This document shows positions 9,025 through 18,781 of a stretch of DNA of 64,000 nucleotides, one piece after another; the stretch's first letter is position 1, and each line of letters begins with the position of its first letter. Location of the stretch: the NCBI GenBank assembly GCA_963847705.1, contig CAWKBC010000014.1:160001-224000 (forward strand), given 5' to 3'. This DNA is from an uncultured Pseudomonadota bacterium (GTDB lineage Bacteria > Myxococcota_A > Polyangia > Fen-1088). The notes under the pieces were generated by a model. That model saw only the letters and a list, made by a program, of their open reading frames with translations. It was not told where the DNA came from and made no database searches. The translations under genes were made by a program, and so were the position numbers.

Positions 9025-10719
9025 CTATGGGCTAAGCACCGCCTGAACCATCGTCGCCAGCAAAGGTTCCAGGGTATCCGACACCCGTGGGAACTGAGAC
9101 TCCTCCAGGAGGCTGTACTCCCGGCTTAACCGCACGGTGGCATCGAACTCATAGTCAGTCTCCGATTCAAGGCCGACGATGAGCTGGTTATTGTCCTCCA
9201 GCCGCTCCGCGATAAAGCGGATCACCCGGGGCAAATTTACGTCGTCCTGGCCCTGTTGGTTCGGCGAGTCGATTACGAGTGGAACGGAAAACGACCCATG
9301 CGGGCCATGACATGCTCGCCAGAGTGCGGAATAGTACGCGAGAATCGAGCGAGGACCTCCGCTGCCGGAAACGTTCGGGCGCGAGGTAAGGCGCTGCGCC
9401 GCCGTGTTTATGGACGGGAGATTCAATTCTTCACGGGCCGCAGCCAGCGCCGTTCTAAAGGTCGCCAAGATTGACTTCGATCTCTCTTTGCTGGTCAGTT
9501 CCTTCAGCCGGGAATCGAGGGTATCGACTTGCCCGGCCTTCTTATCTACCTCCGCCTGCAGAGCATCGGCCTGTGTGTCGAACGCGCGAAATGCGCTCTC
9601 AGCGCCGAGGCTTTCGACGACTTGACCAAACCGTAGCTCGCCCTTTCTTAGGTCTAAGATGGCGGACACTCGCCGATAGTTGTCATCGAGCGTCCGCATT
9701 TCACGCTCAGTCTCGGCTCGCCGCAGGGACGCCTCTTGCGCATCCTTTTGCAGGCGCACCGCGAGTTCCCGGGCAACCCGAGCATCCTCAGCGTAGGTAA
9801 GCGCGTCCAGGAATGGTTCGGCGTGCTCGGCTCCGCACGTGGGGCACACGATACCGGCGTGAGTCCGTTCTCTGATAAAGCGCGAGTCGCTTTCATACCC
9901 GCGGAGAGATTCCTCAGTCAGTCGAATCTGGTCCGCAATGCTCGCGATGAGTTCCTGCTCACGGACCGCACGATCGCGGAGATCTTCCTGCTTTCGATTC
10001 AGCTCAGTCACCTCAGCAGTCAAGAGGCTGATTTCGCGCTCGAAATCCTTCGGATCGAGTTTCGGTCCTGACGACGACAGAGTCTGTTCGAGCCGGCGTC
10101 GGGCTTGCGCCAGGGAAGCGACCTGCCTACGGGACTCGTCCAGCGCTTTTGCCTCCGCGTCGCGCTGGGCGCGCAGGTCATAATATTCGGGGGGCTTTAC
10201 GCCACTGAAATACTCAAGGATCGCGGTCGCAGGACTGGCAAAGCGCTTGAGGGATTTGAATGTGTCCCAGCCTCCCTGCCAGCTCCCGTCCTGATTGACG
10301 TAGAAGGGAAGAAAGAAGCAGCTCGGATCGGCGGGGACGGCTTTCGAATTCTTGTCAGTCAGAACGAGGTTGAAGGAAGTGACTGCGGCGAACGCCGCTG
10401 CCCATTGATCGTGACGTCCCGTAGCAACGATCAATCGGCCATCATGTCGAAACAAAGCTCGTAGCCCGCCGTGCGACAGGGCTCGGTAGGAAGTGCCGTC
10501 CACGCTGAAATCGACTGCGCTGGCCGCCTCGGAGTCCCAGCGCTGGAGCTCTCCCTGCGGGTGAGCGCCGAGCGTTTCGAAGAGATTCTTAATTATCGTT
10601 GATTTTCCGGTGTGGTTGCGCCCGCTGAGGAGGGTCCGCCGGGGATGAAACGTTGTCAGAAGGGCGCGGCGCTCCCTGCGGGATAGCAGCCAAATAGCGT
10701 CGAATCTGAAGCTTTTCAT
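9025..10719 (-). CDS. lmuB: SMC-like ABC ATPase, Lamassu LmuB
   Basis: Walker A GRNHTGKS, Q-loop YVNQDGSW, coiled coil with CPTC Zn hook, signature SGSG, Walker B VIDSPNQQ. Confidence 0.78.
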   Translation of the reverse strand: MKSFRFDAIWLLSRRERRALLTTFHPRRTLLSGRNHTGKSTIIKNLFETLGAHPQGELQRWDSEAASAVDFSVDGTSYRALSHGGLRALFRHDGRLIVATGRHDQWAAAFAAVTSFNLVLTDKNSKAVPADPSCFFLPFYVNQDGSWQGGWDTFKSLKRFASPATAILEYFSGVKPPEYYDLRAQRDAEAKALDESRRQVASLAQARRRLEQTLSSSGPKLDPKDFEREISLLTAEVTELNRKQEDLRDRAVREQELIASIADQIRLTEESLRGYESDSRFIRERTHAGIVCPTCGAEHAEPFLDALTYAEDARVARELAVRLQKDAQEASLRRAETEREMRTLDDNYRRVSAILDLRKGELRFGQVVESLGAESAFRAFDTQADALQAEVDKKAGQVDTLDSRLKELTSKERSKSILATFRTALAAAREELNLPSINTAAQRLTSRPNVSGSGGPRSILAYYSALWRACHGPHGSFSVPLVIDSPNQQGQDDVNLPRVIRFIAERLEDNNQLIVGLESETDYEFDATVRLSREYSLLEESQFPRVSDTLEPLLATMVQAVLSP

Positions 10720-10743
10720 ACGATTTCGTCCTGAGGCTTCGGA

Positions 10744-11883
10744 TCAGCCTTCTGAAATTGGGTCCGCGCATTTGTTCACAGCCGCCAATAGGACAGTTGC
10801 TGAAATCTCAGCTGCCTTAGCTGAAGGGTGTAGGCCTCGGATATCCTCAAGCGCTTTGTTAAGCCACGGCCGCAGGGGGAGCGTGAGTGGGTTGGCATCA
10901 AGCCAGCGGTCGGAGTCGACGTCAAGAGCGCTCGCCGAGCTCGCAGGGAGCAGTTGCCGACGCGATACGGAGAGACACGCAAGCCGCAACCTTGACATCT
11001 CGGTCGGTGGCAAACCCTCGTCGCGGAGCTGTGCATACCAGTCCTCGAGCAAGGCCACGGCGTCCGGCACCTCGTTGAGATGCTCGAGATCCCGGGCGAA
11101 GTCCTCACGGGTGTACCCTCGTTGCCGGAGCAGATCCTCGTAGGTCGCGCAGGCGTCGGTCCGCCTTCCCAGAGAGCTGAGCTTGGCGATGAGCGCGTCG
11201 ACGAGAGCCCGTGCCTGGCCAGCATGGGGCGGGTTCCTCGCCAGCAGAAAATCGTGCGCGATGCCGACCAAATACCGGTCGGGAGCGTCCGGCGGCAGCG
11301 GGACTCGGAGCACCCTCAAGAGACTGGAGCTGAGGGCTCCTGCCGCTGAAAGCAGGTCGGAAATTGCCTCAGTCAGCTCTTTTGCTCTGGAGGGCTCCAG
11401 GTCCTGGAGGGTAAAACCGACCGCCGTCGCAAGATTTCCGCCGTTCGCCAGTTCCAGATCGCAGCCAGCATTGGAGACAAAGTGTCCCTCCACTCGGAGC
11501 TCGTTGAACCCCGAGAGCGTGAGGCAGAGTTTCCCGAGCGGACTGGCACGAAACTTGGCCGGCCTATCCGCGGTGGCCACTGCCCCCTTCTTACGGCGAG
11601 GGTTTGAGAGGCCGGTCAGTTCGGCCCAAGACCACTCTCCCCAATCCTTCTTTTTGACCTGGTAGACGCGAACGGACGTGGGGGCAGTAGCAGAATCCAA
11701 TTCCGCTACATCTTGAAAGCATTCGAAAAGAAACAGGAAATCCTGCTGCCCCGCACCCTCTGCCTCGAACATTCGCATGAGCGCCCAATGGCGCTGAAAA
11801 TCGACGCCCTTTTGGCCGTGCCCACCTCCCGTCTCGGCGAGATCCTCGCGACTCGCCACGAGCATGATTTCTGGATGGGGCAC
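10744..11883 (-). CDS. lmuA: DUF4297/Cap4-like PD-(D/E)xK endonuclease effector, Lamassu LmuA
   Basis: GG..GQKGVDFQRHWAL, ECFQDV, VYQVK motifs typical of Cap4 nuclease domains; directly upstream of the SMC ATPase. Confidence 0.75.
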   Translation of the reverse strand: MPHPEIMLVASREDLAETGGGHGQKGVDFQRHWALMRMFEAEGAGQQDFLFLFECFQDVAELDSATAPTSVRVYQVKKKDWGEWSWAELTGLSNPRRKKGAVATADRPAKFRASPLGKLCLTLSGFNELRVEGHFVSNAGCDLELANGGNLATAVGFTLQDLEPSRAKELTEAISDLLSAAGALSSSLLRVLRVPLPPDAPDRYLVGIAHDFLLARNPPHAGQARALVDALIAKLSSLGRRTDACATYEDLLRQRGYTREDFARDLEHLNEVPDAVALLEDWYAQLRDEGLPPTEMSRLRLACLSVSRRQLLPASSASALDVDSDRWLDANPLTLPLRPWLNKALEDIRGLHPSAKAAEISATVLLAAVNKCADPISEG

Positions 11884-11949
11884 GGCCCGAGTAAATCACG
11901 ACCTGAAACGGCGCTCCAATCTCGTCGGTGCCGGCACTCCCCCCTGGCG

Positions 11950-12173
11950 TCGGATTCTGGAAAATACGTCTCCATCGTCGCTCGGAGCCGCGCCGCCTTT
12001 TCCGACGGAATCTTTCCCTTCGCGACGAGGTTTCGCTCCATTTCGTCGAGGATGTCCTTGCTCCAACGGAGCTAATAGAAGCCCGACGCGGCGGCGTGAA
12101 GCACCGTGTCCCGGAGGGTGAGCGGGTACAGGACGTTTGCGTCGATGACGACGATGAACGGAGGCGGGCCCAT
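11950..12173 (-). pseudogene. PIN-domain (VapC-like) toxin pseudogene: nonsense codon and 3' truncation
   Basis: MGPPPFIVVIDANVLYPLTLRDTVLHAAASGFY*LRWSKDILDEMERNL..YFPES; in-frame TAG at 12072-12074; no recognisable PIN C-terminal half. Confidence 0.75.
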
Positions 12174-12192
12174 TGGGCTGGCGCCGACTGTA

Positions 12193-12648
12193 CTACTTCA
12201 CTTCGACGTCGTAGCCGCCGAACTCCTGGCTCATCTGAGACAGCTCGCGGAGTCCGGCGCGGCGATCCTTGTCACGCTTCTCCTTGAACTTGAGGACGTC
12301 TTCGATCCGCAGTCGGCGGTGCTTTCCGGTCTTGCGGAAGGGAATTCGCTTCTCGTCGAGCAGCCGCACGAGGTACTGGCGAGACACGTTGAGCAGGTCA
12401 GCAGCCTGCTGTGTCGTCACCTCGCGACCAACGGGAACCACGGTGATCGAATCGCCGCGGGCCATGACCTCCGCCACGCGTTCGAGAACGTAGAAGACGG
12501 ACTCGGGCAGGACGATCGTTTCTCCATTCGGACCGACCAGCTTGCACCTCGGCCCTCGTCGCGACCGCGCGTGGCTCATTCCTTCCAGCGCCTTGAACAG
12601 TGCGGCCACATCCGCCTGTTGATCAGGCGGTGCGGCGACAGGAGTCAT
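12193..12648 (-). CDS. Excisionase-family HTH antitoxin (partner of the PIN toxin); start uncertain
   Basis: TTQQAADLLNVSRQYLVRLLDEKRIPFRKTGKHRRLRIEDVL. Confidence 0.85.
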   Translation of the reverse strand: MTPVAAPPDQQADVAALFKALEGMSHARSRRGPRCKLVGPNGETIVLPESVFYVLERVAEVMARGDSITVVPVGREVTTQQAADLLNVSRQYLVRLLDEKRIPFRKTGKHRRLRIEDVLKFKEKRDKDRRAGLRELSQMSQEFGGYDVEVK

Positions 12649-12996
12649 CCGACGGATCTGGCCCTCTATCGTGCTAGCGGCAGCGGTTTTCACGACGTCG
12701 AGGTGGTTTATATTCGACACAAACGCAACATCAGACGACTCAAGCGCAACCAGGTGTTGGCGGTCCTTTGGCCACCAATCACGCCAATAACATTCGCCGT
12801 AGCTAACTAATATCATTCGTGTTTATTCCATTCAGTCCTCGTTCCAAGGTGGCACCGAAGCTGCTAAACTCAGGCACTCCCTCGGGACAATCAGTCATCC
12901 GGCGGATGACGCCGCAGCCGCTCCGGTCCCTGGACTGTAGCGGCGGTCAGAGCTGAGATGCGGGAGGAGCCTTGGGCGAGTGCGGAGCGCTGCAGG

Positions 12997-13734
12997 ATGA
13001 AGCTTCAAATCATGTCCGACTTGCACCTCGAGATGCATGCCGATGGGGGTGCGGAGTTGATTCGCGGGCTGGATCCGACGGGCGTCGACGTTCTCGTGCT
13101 GGCGGGCGACATCACGACGGCGCGGTACTACGAGAACCTCGAGAGGCCGTTCAAAGCGCTGGCCCAAAAATATCGTCACATCCTCTACATTCCGGGAAAT
13201 CACGAGTACTACAAATCGTCACCCAGCCAGGTCACGCGCAACTTGGTGAAGCTGACGAAAGCGCTGCCCGAGGTCGTGATCCCTCAGAACGGCGCTGTGG
13301 AGATCGCCGGTCAGCGATTCGTGGCTGGCACGATGTGGTTTCGTCTCGACCCGACGGCGGAGCCGGGCAAGCGCGTCATGCATGATTTCTCTCTGATCCA
13401 GGACTTCGAGCCCTGGGTGTACGAACAGAACGCAGCGTTCGAGCAAGTCGTCGCCACTCGGTTGAAAGCGAGTGACGTCGTGGTCAGCCACCATCTGCCG
13501 GCCCCGGCAAGTATCCCCGAACGGTTCGCGCGTTCGGCCATGAACGCGTTCTTCGTCTGCGACATGACAAGCTACATATCCGAGCGGCAGCCAAAACTCT
13601 GGATTCACGGACACTCTCACGACCGGTGCGACTACTTACTCGGAGCGACCCGCGTGGTGGCCAACCCACTCGGATACCCCAGTGAGCCCAGAAGCCTGGA
13701 AGCCTTTGACCCCGCGCTTCAGATAGAGGTCTGA
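12997..13734 (+). CDS. Calcineurin-like metallophosphoesterase
   Basis: SDLHLE, LAGDI, PGNHEYY, SHHLP, WIHGHSH, ANPLGY. Confidence 0.9.
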   Translation: MKLQIMSDLHLEMHADGGAELIRGLDPTGVDVLVLAGDITTARYYENLERPFKALAQKYRHILYIPGNHEYYKSSPSQVTRNLVKLTKALPEVVIPQNGAVEIAGQRFVAGTMWFRLDPTAEPGKRVMHDFSLIQDFEPWVYEQNAAFEQVVATRLKASDVVVSHHLPAPASIPERFARSAMNAFFVCDMTSYISERQPKLWIHGHSHDRCDYLLGATRVVANPLGYPSEPRSLEAFDPALQIEV

Positions 13735-13814
13735 CCTGGCCGCCAGGTCTCGTGGAATGCGCAGCGAGTCGACCATCATGGCTGAGGGTTCCGTCATGCT
13801 CGCTTGAACGGGCA

Positions 13815-13823
13815 TGGTAGAAT
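13815..13823 (+). promoter_or_regulatory. Extended -10 promoter; probable leaderless start at 13831
   Basis: TGGTAGAAT ending 7 nt before GTG 13831; no obvious RBS. Confidence 0.45.
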
Positions 13824-13830
13824 ACACGCA

Positions 13831-14532
13831 GTGACCAAGAACCCTCATGCTGTCGCCCTCGGACGCCTCGGCGGTGCCAAGGGCGGAAGAGCCCGTGCGA
13901 GAGCCCTGACTCCTCGCCGCCGTCGAGAGATAGCCCGCCAGGCTTCAGCGGCACGCACGAGGAGTCTCTCGGCCGAGGAACGAAGGGAGCTCGCCAGCCG
14001 CGCTGCTCGAGCCCGATGGTCCACCGCGACGCCTACGGCCCCAACGGTGAGGAGCTGGCTTCGCGATCTAGGCGCGCCGCTGACTCGCGCCGCCGTCGCA
14101 AACAGGCGGGCCCCGGACCCCGAGCAGGTCGTGGTCCAAGGCCTCCGCCTGGCTCACACGGACGCGTCCGTGGCGAGGGCACTCCCCGTGATGCTCTGGG
14201 CCAATCGCGACACGCTACGGCTCGCCGATTTGGTCCGCCGTGCACGGCGAGCGAAGGAGGGAGCTACTCTCGGGTTCTTCCTGGAACTGACGTCCGAGCT
14301 TGCCGGGAGTCGGCCATTCGCCGCCGAATACGCAGATCTAAGGCGGGATCGGCCGCCTTCGAACACCTTCTTCTTCGATGGCGCCGAGAAGAGCCTGGTC
14401 GGGAAGGAGCTGGCTGCGCTCAACACGCCACCCGTCGCTCGGCGATGGCGGTTCCTGATGAACATGCCGCTCGACAGCTTCGAGACCCTCTTCCGAAAGA
14501 CCTTCCGTGCGCCACCGTCCCCAGGAACTTGA
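13831..14532 (+). CDS. Putative antitoxin/regulator with basic KNPHAVALGRLGG N-terminal domain
   Basis: KNPHAVALGRLGGAKGGRARA followed by two R-R-E-I/L-A helical repeats; overlaps the downstream NTase gene. Confidence 0.65.
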   Translation: MTKNPHAVALGRLGGAKGGRARARALTPRRRREIARQASAARTRSLSAEERRELASRAARARWSTATPTAPTVRSWLRDLGAPLTRAAVANRRAPDPEQVVVQGLRLAHTDASVARALPVMLWANRDTLRLADLVRRARRAKEGATLGFFLELTSELAGSRPFAAEYADLRRDRPPSNTFFFDGAEKSLVGKELAALNTPPVARRWRFLMNMPLDSFETLFRKTFRAPPSPGT

Positions 14533-15079
14533 ACGCTTCGTCGAGGCAATCGATGCGGCGCTGCCCGAGCCCGCCGCGATCCTCGTCATCGGCGGTGCCG
14601 CTGCAGCGCTCGCGTACGGAGCGACCCGGCCGACCGACGACATCGACACTTTTCATCCGCTGACTCCCGTCGTCCAGAAGGCCATCGAAGCGGCGCAGCG
14701 CTCGACAGGCCTGACGATTCCTGTCTCCTTCGCGGCGGTGGCGGATGCTCCCTACGACTTCGAGGACCGATTGATCCCGATTCGTGCGCTACGACTGAAA
14801 CGGCTGACGGTCGTGGTTCCGGAGCGGCACGACCTCGTCCTGATGAAGACGCTGCGGGGCTACCAGCACGACGTCGAGGTCATCGAGCAGATTCACCGAC
14901 GACAACCCTTGGTCTTCGAGGTGCTGCGCTCGCGGTGGAAGAGCGAGATGGGCCACGCAGTGGTGGACCCTCGCCGCGCGAATCTGAACTTCGTCGAGGT
15001 CGTCGATCACCTCTTCGGTCGCGAGCGCGCGGAGGCGATTCGACGCGAGTTGGGACACAGCCGCGGACCTGAGCGATAG
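14507..15079 (+). CDS. DUF6036-like minimal nucleotidyltransferase (type IV TA/AbiEii-like)
   Basis: LVIGGAAAALAYGATRPTDDID pol-beta NTase motif; DLVLMK. Confidence 0.8.
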   Translation: MRHRPQELERFVEAIDAALPEPAAILVIGGAAAALAYGATRPTDDIDTFHPLTPVVQKAIEAAQRSTGLTIPVSFAAVADAPYDFEDRLIPIRALRLKRLTVVVPERHDLVLMKTLRGYQHDVEVIEQIHRRQPLVFEVLRSRWKSEMGHAVVDPRRANLNFVEVVDHLFGRERAEAIRRELGHSRGPER

Positions 15080-15204
15080 GCACGGACAACCCAAGATTGG
15101 GATGAGCGCTCCCGGGTTCCGACTTCATCGGGATACCCCGCGCTGCTCTTGGTCGCCGCTCCTCGGCGTAAGAGCCGCAGACGCAGTTACCGTATCGGCG
15201 TCAT

Positions 15205-15513
15205 CTAGACCGGAAGACGAACGATCTTCCCGCGAAGCGTGGCGACGATGTGAATCTCGCCTCCAAGCGCCTCGACATATCTCTTGATCAGGGACACCCG
15301 AGCATCCGCCCCACCCTGCCGCTCGAGCCGCGAGATTTGCGACTGGTCCATCTCGACCTTCTCGGCGATCTCTTCCTGAGTCACCCCCGCGCCTTCACGC
15401 AGGGCTCGAAGATCCTCCTCGAGGAGATCCCGGAGCGCGTCCTTGCGGATTCGCGCGACCTCTTCCGGCTTGAAGCGTTCGGCTTTGATGTCACTCCACT
15501 TGTGCGTCTTCAT
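15205..15513 (-). CDS. XRE-family HTH regulator (HigA-like antitoxin)
   Basis: LRALREGAGVTQEEIAEKVEMDQSQISRLER..KRYVEALGG. Confidence 0.85.
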   Translation of the reverse strand: MKTHKWSDIKAERFKPEEVARIRKDALRDLLEEDLRALREGAGVTQEEIAEKVEMDQSQISRLERQGGADARVSLIKRYVEALGGEIHIVATLRGKIVRLPV

Positions 15514-15692
15514 TTGAATTCCTGCTCCTTCCGGACCCACTCCGGTTCTATTATGCGCCTGGATCATATGCTGTAAACGCATATCGACGTGATAGGGCGA
15601 CCGGGGCCGGAACTCTAAGAAACGTCGGCCAGCCATCGCCGAACACCCTCCCGAGCCGCTGGCCACTTTGAGCCGCGACCGGAGATGAGATA

Positions 15693-16226
15693 GTGGTCGA
15701 CGCCGTGTCGTACCTCATGGTGGACATCGAAGCGGATGGACCGATCCCGGAGCGCTACTCAATGGTGGCGATCGGGGCGGTGGTGGTCGAGCCCGGTTTG
15801 CAGCGCACGTTCTACGGGCGCCTGCGGCCGATCTCCGAGCAGTTCATCCCTACCGCCCTCGCGGTCAGCGGATTCTCGCGTGCCGATACCCTGGCGTTCC
15901 CGAATCCGGGTGACGTGATGCGCGAATTCTCCCACTGGATTGGCGAGAACACGACCGGCCGCCCGATGTTCGTCTCCGACAACAACGGCTTCGACTGGCA
16001 GTTCGTCAACTGGTACTTCCACGCGTTCCTGGGCGAGAACCCCTTCGGGCACTCGTCGACGAACCTCGGGTCGCTCTACAAGGGCCTCGTGAAGGACTTC
16101 AAAAAGAATTTCAAACACCTGCGCCGCTCTCGGCACACCCACAACCCGGTCGACGACGCGCGGGGCAACGCCGAGGCGCTCCTGCACATGAGGGACGCGC
16201 TCGGGCTGAAGATAGATCTCCGATAG
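15693..16226 (+). CDS. DEDDh 3'-5' exonuclease (RNase AS/DnaQ-like)
   Basis: VDIEADGP (ExoI), NGFDWQF (ExoII), HNPVDDA (ExoIII). Confidence 0.88.
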   Translation: MVDAVSYLMVDIEADGPIPERYSMVAIGAVVVEPGLQRTFYGRLRPISEQFIPTALAVSGFSRADTLAFPNPGDVMREFSHWIGENTTGRPMFVSDNNGFDWQFVNWYFHAFLGENPFGHSSTNLGSLYKGLVKDFKKNFKHLRRSRHTHNPVDDARGNAEALLHMRDALGLKIDLR

Positions 16227-16417
16227 CCGGCCCCCCAAGGCCGCTGCCCCAACCCGAAACTCGGTCCGATCAGGTCGTCGAATCCTTTGACCGCGGCCGG
16301 AAGGCAGCCCCCGATTCTCCTAGTGATTTGTCTGAAAGAGCCCGAACTCAAAACGGGATGTTGCCTTTGGATGCCGGAATTCTGTAAGATTCCATCCAGG
16401 GGAAACAGGAGGTTTCG

Positions 16418-16735
16418 ATGGAGCGAGATTGGCGCAAGAAGCTGGCTACTCTGCTGGCGTCGTTGGAGCGAATCTGGGGCCTGAAGACCCGTGTGGCCCT
16501 CGGAGCGACGGTCGCTTCGATAGTCTCGCTGGCGGCTTTACCGGCGGCGAGAGCGGAGGCAAAGACAGACTCGACGGAGATCGCGGCGACCGCCCCCCGC
16601 AAGCCCGGCAAGCTGGCTGGCAAGTTCCTCCTTCGGCAGGCTGGCGGCCGGAGCGGCAGGACGCAGGCTGAACACGGCTCTCACTCCTCGCACAGCTCTC
16701 ACTCGTCGCACCGCTCGGGAGCCTGGCTCCTCTAA
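16418..16735 (+). CDS. hxsA: His-Xaa-Ser repeat precursor protein
   Basis: C-terminal HGS-HSS-HSS-HSS-HRS; hydrophobic N-terminal segment; RBS AGGAGG; upstream of two radical SAM genes. Confidence 0.85.
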   Translation: MERDWRKKLATLLASLERIWGLKTRVALGATVASIVSLAALPAARAEAKTDSTEIAATAPRKPGKLAGKFLLRQAGGRSGRTQAEHGSHSSHSSHSSHRSGAWLL

Positions 16736-16740
16736 CGACC

Positions 16741-17055
16741 ATGTTCGGCGAGACCGAAAGGTCCGTCGAGGGCGAGCGTCAGCTCACTGTCGAGTTGCCG
16801 CTGTACGGGCGTGAGGGACTTCTACGCGCCTGCTATGCCTTCACGGACCGCTGTTTTCTGTTCCTTCGAGACGCCGGTCCCTCGAAGGTCACGGTCGTCT
16901 TTCGTAAGCGACAGAGCCCCAAGACTCTCGAAGCCCTCGTCGAGGAATTCGCCAACGAACTCGTCGGCCAAAGCCTCCGGGCGCAGCTCGCTGCCGAGAC
17001 GAAGTCCGTGCGGGAGCTGATCGTGGCTCAGGCCTTCGCAGAATCTGACCTGTGA
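16741..17055 (+). CDS. hxsD: His-Xaa-Ser system protein HxsD
   Basis: LYGREGLLRACYAFTDRC..EFANEL..LR...AAETKSVRELIVAQAF. Confidence 0.8.
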   Translation: MFGETERSVEGERQLTVELPLYGREGLLRACYAFTDRCFLFLRDAGPSKVTVVFRKRQSPKTLEALVEEFANELVGQSLRAQLAAETKSVRELIVAQAFAESDL

Positions 17056-17279
17056 TCGCCCGTACCCGGACGTTCTCGGCCAGTCTGTACCCGAGATCCG
17101 CCGTTGAGGCCGCCGTGCTCGCTTTCCATGGCATCTGCGAGGTCAGCGTCGAGGACGAACTCGGAGGTATCCGCGCCACGTTCGAGCTACCGGACGGTGC
17201 CACAGAAGATGTCATCGGCGAGTTCTGCAACGTCGCCCTGATCACCGCTGTCGAGATGGAGTTCGGGACCCGTCCATGA
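17052..17279 (+). CDS. Second, shorter HxsD-like protein
   Basis: LYPRSAVEAAVLAF..GEFCNVAL aligns with the N-terminal part of HxsD; coupled to both neighbours by GTGA/ATGA overlaps. Confidence 0.65.
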   Translation: MIARTRTFSASLYPRSAVEAAVLAFHGICEVSVEDELGGIRATFELPDGATEDVIGEFCNVALITAVEMEFGTRP

Positions 17280-18781
17280 CGAAGCCCGTTTTCCGCGAGC
17301 CGAGTCACTTCGAGGAACGGCGGCGGCCATACACATTCCTACCGTTCAGGTACTTGGACCTGGCCGGGCAGAAGCTTCTCGTGAACGAGGTTGGCGAGCA
17401 CCTACTGGTGGCCGATTCCACGTTCGAAGCATTCGTCGGCAAGAAGCTGCAACCGGACGCAGTCGCGTACGGCGATCTAAAGGCTAAGCAAATGCTGCTG
17501 GACGGGCCTCCGGATGTCCCTATCAGGATGCTCGCCACGAAGTACCGGACGAAGCGTAGCTTCCTGTCTGGGTTTACCCGCCTCCACATCTTCGTCGTCA
17601 GTCTCCGCTGCGAGCATTCTTGCCACTACTGCCAGGTCTCTCGAGTGAGTACCGACAAGAGTCGCTACGACATGACTGTGGAGACAGCCAATCGTTCACT
17701 CGACCTCGTGTTTCGGTCGCCGGCACCCGAGCTCAGCATCGAGTTCCAGGGCGGTGAACCACTCCTCAACTTCAACTTGATCCGGCACGTAGTCGAGCAG
17801 GTAGAGCGCAGGATCGCAGTCGAGCCGAGACGGGTCCAATTCGTCATCACCACGAACCTCGCCCTTGTGACCGATGAGATCCTAGAGTTTTGCCGTCAGC
17901 ACAAAATCCTGATCTCGACGTCGCTCGACGGACCGGCATCCATCCACAACACGAATCGCCCCCGACCAGGCAACGACAGTCACGAGCTGACCGTCCGGGG
18001 TATCGAGCGCGCAAGGTCGATCCTCGGTTACGACCAGGTCTCGGCGCTGATGACGACGACGAAGCTGACGCTGGACCACCCCGAGGAGGTCGTCGACGAG
18101 TACGTTCGACTCGGTTTTGACCACATCGTCCTGCGCCCGCTCAGCCCTTACGGGTTCGCGGTCAAGACGAAGCTCAAGACCGGCTACGACACGGACGCCT
18201 ACCTTCGCTTCTATGAGAGGACGCTCGCCTACGTCATCGAGATGAATCGAGGGGGTGGGTTCTTCGTGGAAGGCTTCTCGCAGCTGCTGCTCACCAAGAT
18301 CCTCACCCCGTTCGCGACTGGATACGTCGACTTGCAGTCGCCTGCCGGTGCCGGGATCTCGGCGGCCGTCTACAACTACGATGGCGACGTCTACGTGTCC
18401 GACGAAGCCAGGATGCTGGCCGAAATGGGTGACAAGACCTTCAGGCTCGGAAGTGTCCACACCGACACCTACGAGGCCATGTTCGGTGGCGAGCTGCTGC
18501 GCACGCTTGTGGAATCGTCGTGCGTGGAGTCACTCCCGGGCTGTTCGGACTGCGCACTCCAGACTTGGTGCGGATCCGATCCCGTCGAGAACTACGCCAA
18601 GCAGGGCAACATCGTCGGGCACCGACCGACCAGCGATTTCTGCCACCGGAACATGAGCATCATCAAGCACCTGCTGCGCCTCTATCATGAGGGAGACGAT
18701 CAGCTCCGACGCATTTTCTGGTCGTGGGTGAACAACAGACCAGTCGCCGAACTGGTTCCGGGCTTGGAGGCGATAGCGTGA
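17276..18781 (+). CDS. hxsB: His-Xaa-Ser system radical SAM maturase HxsB (SPASM-type C-terminus)
   Basis: LHIFVVSLRCEHSCHYCQVS, IEFQGGEPLL, YVDLQSPAGAG, YVSDEARML, CSDCALQTWCGSDP. Confidence 0.92.
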   Translation: MTKPVFREPSHFEERRRPYTFLPFRYLDLAGQKLLVNEVGEHLLVADSTFEAFVGKKLQPDAVAYGDLKAKQMLLDGPPDVPIRMLATKYRTKRSFLSGFTRLHIFVVSLRCEHSCHYCQVSRVSTDKSRYDMTVETANRSLDLVFRSPAPELSIEFQGGEPLLNFNLIRHVVEQVERRIAVEPRRVQFVITTNLALVTDEILEFCRQHKILISTSLDGPASIHNTNRPRPGNDSHELTVRGIERARSILGYDQVSALMTTTKLTLDHPEEVVDEYVRLGFDHIVLRPLSPYGFAVKTKLKTGYDTDAYLRFYERTLAYVIEMNRGGGFFVEGFSQLLLTKILTPFATGYVDLQSPAGAGISAAVYNYDGDVYVSDEARMLAEMGDKTFRLGSVHTDTYEAMFGGELLRTLVESSCVESLPGCSDCALQTWCGSDPVENYAKQGNIVGHRPTSDFCHRNMSIIKHLLRLYHEGDDQLRRIFWSWVNNRPVAELVPGLEAIA

